DNA from: an uncultured bacterium
GTDB taxonomy: Bacteria; Actinomycetota; Coriobacteriia; Coriobacteriales; Coriobacteriaceae
Direction of reading: 5' to 3'
NCBI GenBank assembly: GCA_905215445.1
Contig: CAJMPZ010000003.1
Span: forward strand, 387-64,386
DNA: 64,000 nt
The position numbers and the translations under genes are program-made. The notes under the pieces are model-generated. The model worked only from the letters and a program-made list of their open reading frames with translations. It was not told where the DNA came from and did not search any database. Below, one piece after another: positions 56,678 through 64,000 of this stretch. Each line of letters begins with the position of its first letter. The first letter of the stretch is position 1.

Positions 56678-57325
56678 CTAGTTCGCCTCCGGCCAACCCA
56701 CAACGTCAAGTACGTCGAGGGCGGTATCGCTTGTCTGCTGGTTTTTGGCCTGCACGGCCTGAACATCGATATCGAGCTTGAATGAGCCGCCGCGCGCGGC
56801 ATCGTGGTAGTCGCCCACAAATCGCAGCGAGTCCATAAGGCTTTCCGTCATGGCGCCGGGGTCGAGCATGCCGCCACGCCCGGCCAATCCACGGTAGTAG
56901 TACCACCCATCGCCGCCGTCGATCCACGGGGACCCCTCGCCCGCGTCCACATGAAACGCAACGTTGCCCGAGGCATCCGCGCACGAGCCGTCGGGTGCCA
57001 CTGACTTCATGCGCAGGCGCGCGCGAACGTACTCAGGCTGCGAGCCGACGTTCTCCACGCGCACAATGCGGCTGATGTCAGAACCCCCGGCTTTGGTGTC
57101 GGGATAGTCCCCGTGCTCGTTGGGCTCAAACGGAATCTCCTCGCCCTGCTCGTTTAGGGTGTATTCGCAGACTCGTACCTTCACGCTGCCAAACGATAGA
57201 ACGTTGTTCGCCGGAACCATATCAACAGTAAAAGCCAGCGTGCCGCACAGGCACGCCAGGGCCAACAGCGCCATCGCGGCAAGCGCCAAGGTGCGTTTCT
57301 GATTGTCGGAAAGATTATTGAGCAT
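56678..57325 (-). CDS. SipW-signal TasA/BsaA-like fibre subunit
   Basis: GTLA|FTVDMVPANNVLSFGSV; VENVGSQPEYVRA; DGWYYY; VQAVQ; start MLNNLS estimated. Confidence 0.83.
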   Translation of the reverse strand: MLNNLSDNQKRTLALAAMALLALACLCGTLAFTVDMVPANNVLSFGSVKVRVCEYTLNEQGEEIPFEPNEHGDYPDTKAGGSDISRIVRVENVGSQPEYVRARLRMKSVAPDGSCADASGNVAFHVDAGEGSPWIDGGDGWYYYRGLAGRGGMLDPGAMTESLMDSLRFVGDYHDAARGGSFKLDIDVQAVQAKNQQTSDTALDVLDVVGWPEAN

Positions 57326-57345
57326 TACGTTCGCCAGTCGTCGAT

Positions 57346-57406
57346 AAAAAGGGGGACCGAGATCCCGACCCGAAAATGGGGATGGGGAGCGGGCCGGGAT
57401 CTCGGT
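57346..57406 (-). terminator. Intercistronic stem-loop or partial terminator
   Basis: 17-bp stem ACCGAGATCCCG(G/A)CCCG followed by CCCCCTTTTT on the minus strand. Confidence 0.6.
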
Positions 57407-57422
57407 AGAGGGGGTGGGATTA

Positions 57423-58109
57423 CTACAGGTCCTTAGCCCAATTCTTGGCAGCAGCCAAAGCAGACGCAGACGAACCCTCAGCGGTATTGTCTGCCGCGTA
57501 AATGAAGCAGTTGACATCCATCGTGGCAGAATTGGCGAAATCCTTTTGCTCGGTGTCCTTGGGCGTAGTCACCTGGCTGAACAGCTCGCCAGTCCACTTA
57601 TCCTCATTCTTGCTGGCAATAAGCGGGGTAGCCTCGGTTCCTTCGCCAACATAAACGAAAAGGCCACCGAGATAATGAGTCGGCTCGCCCTCAACGGCGG
57701 TCGCATCAACGGCCTTCCAGCCAGAGTTAATGGTGAAGTAAGTCGTCTTGGAATGATCGGCCCCGGCAGACGCCGTCTTGTTGTTCACGAAGACGTACAC
57801 ATATGCATCCTCGGATCCCTTGCCGATACCGACATTAGGATTCTTGGGTACAGACACGCCAGGGGCGAGCTTAGAGTCCTTAACCCATTTGGTCTCGGTC
57901 AGGTTGCCGTTGACCTTATTGTTATCATCCGGAAGCGGCTGATTCGGATGGTCGGGATCGGTAGTGGGCTTGTTGATGCCCGCAGTGGTGAAGTTGTTGG
58001 TCAGGCTCGACTGCGCCGTCAGCCAGGCGTAGGTACCCACGCCGGCAGCCAGCACCAACAGCAGCAGGGCGGCAATGATGCCGTAGCGCTTTTTCTTCTT
58101 GTTTTCCAT
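57423..58109 (-). CDS. SipW-signal TasA-like subunit (probable major subunit)
   Basis: MENKKKKR-hydrophobic-GTYA|WLTAQSSLTNNFT; LAPGVSVPKNPNV; DAYVYV; RBS GAAAGGAAG. Confidence 0.87.
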   Translation of the reverse strand: MENKKKKRYGIIAALLLLVLAAGVGTYAWLTAQSSLTNNFTTAGINKPTTDPDHPNQPLPDDNNKVNGNLTETKWVKDSKLAPGVSVPKNPNVGIGKGSEDAYVYVFVNNKTASAGADHSKTTYFTINSGWKAVDATAVEGEPTHYLGGLFVYVGEGTEATPLIASKNEDKWTGELFSQVTTPKDTEQKDFANSATMDVNCFIYAADNTAEGSSASALAAAKNWAKDL

Positions 58110-58179
58110 CGTTCTCTTCCTTTCGAGAATCGTCTTCCCCGGCAACGGCCCCTACCGCCGCCGACGTTTTTCCCTGCCG

Positions 58180-58737
58180 CTATGAACGCCGCTCCCTCGC
58201 ATGCACGCGGGTATGCTTGCCCGCAGGCTCGTCGGGAACCATCCGATCGAGCACTATCGACGCCGTGATCAGCAGCGCCAGAACGGCCACCACAACAAGC
58301 AAACCGGGCATCGTCGTGCAATATGCGTTAACGAAGCCCAGGTAAGGGACACAAAAAGAAACAGTGCCGATAACACTCGAAAAAGGCGTGTGCTCGGCAT
58401 CGTGCATGATGCTTCCGTCTGCATTTTTGTTCGCAATTCCCTGCGTGCCGATCATCTGCGCCACAGGGTCGATCTGATACACCTGGTGCGTCACCACGGC
58501 GCCGTCCGATCGGTAAAAGGTTGCATTGTCGCCCACGGCAATATCCGTTGGCTCAACCTGGCGGACAAACACCATGGAGCCAACGGGAAGCTCGGGTTCC
58601 ATAGAGCCCGAAAGCACAGCAAAGGGCGTGTATCCAAATGCGCGAGGCACAAAAGAAACAACGGCAAGGGCTATGACAAGCGCGAACGCCAAGCTACTCA
58701 AAAGCGTAATAAATCGTTTGAGTCTACGCGCCGTCAA
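58180..58737 (-). CDS. sipW: SipW-class (ER-type) signal peptidase I
   Basis: VLSGSMEPELPVG, VTHQV (His rather than Lys), TQGIAN...D, VIG...VPYLGF; TM segments at both ends. Confidence 0.9.
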   Translation of the reverse strand: MTARRLKRFITLLSSLAFALVIALAVVSFVPRAFGYTPFAVLSGSMEPELPVGSMVFVRQVEPTDIAVGDNATFYRSDGAVVTHQVYQIDPVAQMIGTQGIANKNADGSIMHDAEHTPFSSVIGTVSFCVPYLGFVNAYCTTMPGLLVVVAVLALLITASIVLDRMVPDEPAGKHTRVHARERRS

Positions 58738-59034
58738 AGTGATAATTCATCCCCCTTGAGGACCTATTCGACCCATCCAAAGGTCAGCAAGTTTCAACAG
58801 GAACCGCAAGGCGCTTGAAAAGTGAGTCCGAAATAAGCCAATTTGGAATCTTTTCGTAATAAAAACATAGCGATGTGCTACATATTTTTCAATGTTTTAT
58901 CGCTAAATGCTACTTATTTTGGCGTAAGTGGTCATTTATCCCCAAATTAGTCTGTTTTATCCAATACTTACGACTAACCCCCTACGCAACTTCCCCATAG
59001 AAGGTTCGTTTTTTGCGAAACTAAAATAATGGTA

Positions 59035-59043
59035 CCCCCCCCC
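59035..59043. repeat. C9 homopolymer (G9 on the operon strand) in the AT-rich upstream region
   Basis: GGTA-CCCCCCCCC-ACATT. Confidence 0.8.
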
Positions 59044-59138
59044 ACATTAAAACAAACTACTGGAAGTGTCATTTATTTCCGACCCCCCTTTGCCGGAGTT
59101 TTATGACAGCCCCATGTAGTTCGCAGCCCATAATCCTC

Positions 59139-59468
59139 TGAGAACCGTGTCCCAGAATTCGCTTGCGAAATGGGATGCGGTTTCCGCTTGTGGCCCCGTT
59201 GGGAAACCACATCCCACTCCGATCGCAAATTCCGGATCGCACTTTCCGCCAAGACCCTCAACCGGAAACGGCATCCCATTTCTCGGCCGAAAACTGGGAT
59301 GCGGTTTCCACAGAGCCCCTCAACGGGAAACCGCATCCCATTCCAAAGGCAAATTCCGGGACGCAGCTTCCGCAACCCCACCCATCCGGAAATCCCATCC
59401 CACTCCGCACACATCCGGGCATAGAACAATCAGCTTATTAGGCCTTCCATCAATAAAGGGGCGCCCTC
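59139..59468 (+). repeat. 330-bp palindrome array (62-bp period), copy 2
   Basis: Left arms start at 59171, 59233, 59295 and 59357; colinear with copy 1 at a constant offset of 9686 bp. Confidence 0.88.
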
Positions 59469-59476
59469 GTGTCACG

Positions 59477-59504
59477 AAAAAAGCCTCGAGAATCTCGAGG
59501 CTTT
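59477..59504 (-). terminator. Intrinsic terminator of the flavodoxin gene
   Basis: AAAAAAGCCTCGAG-AAT-CTCGAGGCTTT. Confidence 0.75.
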
Positions 59505-59539
59505 CACGTTTGTATTATCTCGAGCGCGAGGCGACACGC

Positions 59540-60091
59540 CTACTCGCCCAGCACGGCCTTCTTGGCGGCTGCGGTCATGTTGTCCAGGTCCTCCTTGGTG
59601 GGGTGATCCTTTGCGGCAACCCAGTTGTCGAGCAGCATCTTAAATCGGGCGTTTTCGGGATCTTGCTCGAGCATGGCCTCGTAGCGCTGCTTAACCGCGG
59701 GACCCATCTTGCCCTGGCACATCGCCCAGCCCGCAAGCTCGGCATCCTCGGCCAGATTGGAAGTTACGCGGTCGACAATCTGCTGGTAATAGCTCTGGTC
59801 GGCCCCAAAGCCGCAGGTGCCAAACAGGAACACGCGCTTGCCGTGCAAGGCGGAGAGCAACGCCGCCACCGAGGGCGTGCAGGCACCCTTGTCGCACCAA
59901 AAACCGACAAGCACCGTATCGGCAGCGCAGGCACCCTCTGCCTCGTGCGCGACCTGCTCCGGATCTGCATCATCGCTCAGCGCGGCGGCATGGATAAACT
60001 CGACGCCTGCAGCCTGCAGGGCGCGCTTGATCGCCCCCGAAACCATCCTGGTATTACCGCTCTTGCTGTTAACCACCATAGAGCATGTCAT
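59540..60091 (-). CDS. Flavodoxin-family protein (Flavodoxin_3/BilS-like)
   Basis: SKSGNT, VGFWCDKG, VFLFGTCG, MCQGKM, DHPTKEDL. Confidence 0.85.
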   Translation of the reverse strand: MTCSMVVNSKSGNTRMVSGAIKRALQAAGVEFIHAAALSDDADPEQVAHEAEGACAADTVLVGFWCDKGACTPSVAALLSALHGKRVFLFGTCGFGADQSYYQQIVDRVTSNLAEDAELAGWAMCQGKMGPAVKQRYEAMLEQDPENARFKMLLDNWVAAKDHPTKEDLDNMTAAAKKAVLGE

Positions 60092-60202
60092 AGTCACGTT
60101 GCCTCGTTTCCCCCGAAACTCGAGCCATTAATGCAATTTGTTAAAAGCATATCTTAGTACTAACGACGCAGATGTAAACCATCTGCCGCTAATCGGCAGC
60201 CC

Positions 60203-62062
60203 CTACTGGGCAAACTGGCTGCGGTAGAGCTCGGCGTAGAAGCCGCCTGCCGCTAGCAACTCGTCGTGCGTGCCGCGCTCGATAATCTGGCCGTCGCGCA
60301 TAACCAGAATGCAGTCGGCATTGCGGATCGTCGACAGGCGGTGCGCCACCACAAAGCTCGTGCGGCCAGCCATGAGCTCGTCGAATGCCGCCTGCACCTG
60401 CAGCTCGGTACGCGTATCGATGCTCGACGTTGCCTCGTCCAGCAGCAGAATCGCCGGATCGGTGAGCATGACGCGCGCGATGCACAGCAGTTGTTTTTGA
60501 CCCTGGCTAAACGTGCCGCCGTCCTCGCCGATTACCGTATCGTAGCCGCCTGGCAGCTGCACGATAAACTTGTGCGCGTGCGCGCGCTTGGCCGCCTCGA
60601 TAACCTGCTCGCGCGTGGCATCTGGGCAACCGTAAGCGATGTTTTCCGCCACCGTGCCCTCGAACAGCCATGTGTCCTGCAGCACCATGCCAAAGGCGCG
60701 GCGCAGGCTTGCGCGCGTGTAGTCACGCGAGGAACGGCCATCGACCGCAATGCGACCGGCGTCGATATCGTAGAACCGCAGCAGCAAATTGATGAGCGTT
60801 GTCTTGCCACAGCCCGTAGGACCGACCAGGGCAAAGCGCATGCCGGGTTTAGCCTCGATGCAGACATCCTGCAGCAGCTTGCGGTCGGGCACATAGCTAA
60901 AGTCCACATGTTCAAAGGTCACCTCACCCTGCGGGGCGGCAAGTTCCACGGCATCTAGCGCATCGGGCTCCTGCTCGCGCGCATCGAGCAGTGCAAACAT
61001 GCGGCGCGCCGAGGCGTACGCAGTCTGGATCTGCGTGATGACGTTCGTGACCTCGTTGAACGGCTTAGTGTACTGGTTGGCGTAGGACAGGAAGATCTGC
61101 ACGCCGCCCACCGTGAGCGCCGCAGGCACGCCCGTGATCACGCCCGCGCAGCCGATCACAGCGACCACGGCATAGATGATGTTATTGATAAAGCGCGTGC
61201 CGGGGTTGGAGAGCGAGCCCATAAACTGCGCGCGCTCACCTGCCGTATAGAGCTCGGCGTTAAGGGCATCAAAGCGCTGTTGAGCGTTCGGGCCATAGGC
61301 AAACGCATCCACCAGCTTCTGCTCGCCCACATACTCCTCGATATGGCCACCGAGCTGGCCTTGGATGCGCTGCTGTGCCGTAAAGCTCTTATTGGAAAGT
61401 TTGGCGATGGCACCGGCCGCAAAGATGGAAAGCGGCGTGACGAGCACCACCACAAGCGTCATGGTCAGCTTGATGGAGAGCATAAACGCGAGCGTGCCCA
61501 CGATGGTAATAACGCCGGTAAAGAGCTGCGTGAAGCCCTGCAGCAGACCGTCGCCCACCTGATCGACGTCGTTGACCACGCGGCTCATGAGGTCGCCGTG
61601 GGCATGGCTGTCGATAAAGCTGAGCGGCATGCGGCTGAGCTTGTCGCTCGCCTCCACGCGCATGTCGCGCACCGTCTCGTAGGACAAGCGGTTAACGCAA
61701 TAGCCCTGCAGCCACTGGAAAGCCGCAGCACCTACGACGACAATCGCGAGCTTGGTGACAAGCGGCAGCAGCGCATCGAAGTCCACCTGCCCGGCGGCGA
61801 CGATCAGGTCGATGCCCTCGCCGATGAGAATAGGTGTGTAGAGCTGCAAGATCACCGAGATGGCAGCGCTCACAAACGACGCCGCAAACGAAATGCGGTG
61901 CGGGCGAACATAGCCCAGCAGGCGGCGGGTCACCGCGCCCACGGGATAGCGCTCGGGGTCGCCGGGCTGGCGCGGGCCGTCCCCCAGGTCGTTGAGGTTA
62001 TCGTTGCCAGACACGTTGGCGGTCATCGTGGCGACCGAGCCGGAAGAAGTGTACGGATTCAT
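60203..62062 (-). CDS. Heterodimeric ABC exporter subunit (consensus catalytic Glu and His)
   Basis: GPTGCGKT, FSQGQKQ, LDEATSSID, VAHRLST. Confidence 0.93.
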   Translation of the reverse strand: MNPYTSSGSVATMTANVSGNDNLNDLGDGPRQPGDPERYPVGAVTRRLLGYVRPHRISFAASFVSAAISVILQLYTPILIGEGIDLIVAAGQVDFDALLPLVTKLAIVVVGAAAFQWLQGYCVNRLSYETVRDMRVEASDKLSRMPLSFIDSHAHGDLMSRVVNDVDQVGDGLLQGFTQLFTGVITIVGTLAFMLSIKLTMTLVVVLVTPLSIFAAGAIAKLSNKSFTAQQRIQGQLGGHIEEYVGEQKLVDAFAYGPNAQQRFDALNAELYTAGERAQFMGSLSNPGTRFINNIIYAVVAVIGCAGVITGVPAALTVGGVQIFLSYANQYTKPFNEVTNVITQIQTAYASARRMFALLDAREQEPDALDAVELAAPQGEVTFEHVDFSYVPDRKLLQDVCIEAKPGMRFALVGPTGCGKTTLINLLLRFYDIDAGRIAVDGRSSRDYTRASLRRAFGMVLQDTWLFEGTVAENIAYGCPDATREQVIEAAKRAHAHKFIVQLPGGYDTVIGEDGGTFSQGQKQLLCIARVMLTDPAILLLDEATSSIDTRTELQVQAAFDELMAGRTSFVVAHRLSTIRNADCILVMRDGQIIERGTHDELLAAGGFYAELYRSQFAQ

Positions 62063-63916
62063 TTAGCAGCCCTCCTTTGCGCAAGTGGATGCCAGGGCGC
62101 ACGCGGCGCCTGGGGTGGACGTGGACGTCGCGCTCCCCCGCTGACCCTCGAGCTCCTCACGACGAAGCTGCGACTGGCAAATCTCGCGATAGAGCCGGCA
62201 GGTCGCGTACAGCTCATCGTGCGCGCCCAGGCCCGCGACCGAACCGTGGTCGAGCACGCAGATCATGTCGGCATCGCGCACGGTCGAGACGCGCTGGCTC
62301 ACGATCACCGTGGTCAGTGGGAGCCCGCCCGCGGCGGCACCGCGCACGCTGCGCTCGCGGATGGCATGGCGAAGCGCCGCGTCGGTCTTAAAGTCGAGCG
62401 CCGAGGCGGAGTCATCCATGATTAGGACCTGTGGAGAGCCCACCAGGGCACGTGCGATGGTCAGGCGCTGGCGCTGGCCACCGCTAAAGTTCTTGCCGCC
62501 CGCCTCGACCGGGGCATCGAGCCCCTGCGGCTTGTTGCGCACGAACTCGCTCGCCTGCGCCATGTCGAGCGCCGCCCAGAGCTCCTCGTCGGTTGCCGCC
62601 TCGTCGCGCCAGGTTAGGTTGCTGCGAATGGTGCCGCTCACCAGCGACGCTCGCTGCGGAACGGTCGCGACCACGTGGCGCAGCTGATCGAGCGGCCAGG
62701 TGCGCACGTCGGCGCCCATCACGCTCACGCTGCCGGTGCCCGCATCGTACAGGCGCGGGATGAGCGAGACGAGCGTGGACTTACCACTGCCCGTACCGCC
62801 AATAATGCCGAGCGTCTTGCCCAGCGGGAGCTCCAGGGTCACATCGTTGACGGCGTTGGCAGCGCCCGCGCCAAAAGAGAAGCTCGCATGGCTCAAGCTC
62901 AGCGCAGGAACTGGAGCGACATTGCCCGGCTTGAGCAGCGCGACCGGCTGGTTGCCCCCGTCGGTGATGCTCGGCTCGCAATTGAGCACCTCGTTGATAC
63001 GCGACGCGCTGGCGCTCGCCTTGGTAAAGACCACGACCAGGTTGGCGACATACACGATGGAGGTCAGGGTCTGCGTCATGTAGTTCACAAACGCCATGAC
63101 CTGACCCTGCGTTAGCTCGCCCACGTTGACCTGGATGCCGCCCACCCACAGGATGGCGCACACGCCCAGGTTCATCACAAGAAACGTGACGGGGTTGAGA
63201 ATCGACGAGAGCTTACCCACCGCGATGGCAGTATTGGCCTGGTCATCGGCGGCCTGGGCAAAGCGCTCGCGCTCGTGGTCCTCGCGCACGAAGGCGCGAA
63301 CCACGCGAGCGCCCGAAAGCCCCTCGCGGCAAATGAGCGCGATGCGGTCGAGCTTTGCCTGCAGCTGCTTGTAGTACGGAATGCAGCGCGCCATGACAAA
63401 CCAAAACACCAGGCCGATGGCGGGCGTGCAAATCAAAAAGATCATGCCGAGCTTAAGGTCGATGACAAGGGCCGCGCACATGGAGCCCACCGCCAAGAAG
63501 GGCCAGCGGATGAGCATGCGCACGCCCAACGCCACGGCAAGCTGCACCTGGTTGACGTCGTTGGTAATGCGCGTGATGAGCGACGGCGTGCCAAAGCGGT
63601 CGAGTTCGGCATAGCTCAGCTTGTTGATGTGCTGATAGAGCGCACCGCGAATGTCGGTGCCCATGCCCTGCGAGGTGAGCGCCGCCATCTTTTGGCAGAC
63701 GAGCGTAAACGAGATGCCGATCACGGCCATGGCGGCAAGCACCATGCCGTAGTGGACGACGGCGTCCACGTCGTGCGAGCCAATGCCCTTATCGATCATC
63801 TGGGCAATCACCAGCGGCGTCAGCAGGTCAAAGATCACTTCGATCAACTTGCACGCAGGGCCGATCACCATATATCGGCGAAACTTACCACCAAAACGCC
63901 TGAGCAACTCAATCAT
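62063..63916 (-). CDS. Heterodimeric ABC exporter subunit (degenerate Walker B and H-switch)
   Basis: GGTGSGKS, FSGGQRQR, MDDSASALD, VSQR; start MIELLRR after GGGAG. Confidence 0.92.
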   Translation of the reverse strand: MIELLRRFGGKFRRYMVIGPACKLIEVIFDLLTPLVIAQMIDKGIGSHDVDAVVHYGMVLAAMAVIGISFTLVCQKMAALTSQGMGTDIRGALYQHINKLSYAELDRFGTPSLITRITNDVNQVQLAVALGVRMLIRWPFLAVGSMCAALVIDLKLGMIFLICTPAIGLVFWFVMARCIPYYKQLQAKLDRIALICREGLSGARVVRAFVREDHERERFAQAADDQANTAIAVGKLSSILNPVTFLVMNLGVCAILWVGGIQVNVGELTQGQVMAFVNYMTQTLTSIVYVANLVVVFTKASASASRINEVLNCEPSITDGGNQPVALLKPGNVAPVPALSLSHASFSFGAGAANAVNDVTLELPLGKTLGIIGGTGSGKSTLVSLIPRLYDAGTGSVSVMGADVRTWPLDQLRHVVATVPQRASLVSGTIRSNLTWRDEAATDEELWAALDMAQASEFVRNKPQGLDAPVEAGGKNFSGGQRQRLTIARALVGSPQVLIMDDSASALDFKTDAALRHAIRERSVRGAAAGGLPLTTVIVSQRVSTVRDADMICVLDHGSVAGLGAHDELYATCRLYREICQSQLRREELEGQRGSATSTSTPGAACALASTCAKEGC

Positions 63917-64000
63917 GTATAGGCGCTCCCTATCATCATCCACATTCAATTCGAACCATGATAGTACCGCCACCCCAAAAGAAGCGTAAACAACTCGTCA

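Noticed and set aside
49922..58737. Classical sortase-polymerised (SpaA-type) pilus
   Set aside because: No class C sortase, and no YPKN pilin motif or LPXTG on the three small subunits; they carry SipW-type leaders instead.

Overview
High-GC Coriobacteriia chromosome segment, most like Collinsella (taxon inferred from protein style and codon habits, not from a marker gene). Housekeeping and transport genes: M20 peptidase, amino-acid ABC importer, aldose epimerase, pdxK, two heterodimeric ABC exporters, tex, tal, rlmKL, kdpDE-kup, nitroreductase, LTA-synthase-family protein, flavodoxin. Three accessory modules stand out. (1) 49.9-58.7 kb: a SipW/TasA-type fibre operon with three SipW-signal subunits, an 1826-aa adhesin whose extreme C-terminus copies the subunits' N-terminal donor-strand motif, and a TasA-like protein with a sortase signal. 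I infer a donor-strand-exchange pilus with a tip adhesin and a cell-wall-anchored base. It is bracketed by two colinear 330-bp palindrome arrays. (2) 6.4-12.3 kb: an AroY/LpdC-like prenylated-FMN decarboxylase regulon (MerR, UbiX, UbiD, DASS transporter) with an LpdD-chaperone/IPP-isomerase-like Nudix fusion and two matching MerR-type promoters. (3) 28.9-38.4 kb: a mannose-family PTS catabolic island next to a decapitated HAD gene. Intergenic DNA is rich in REP/MITE-like palindromes. No rRNA, tRNA, CRISPR, integrase or transposase was recognised. All family calls are by-eye motif recognition; no searches were run.
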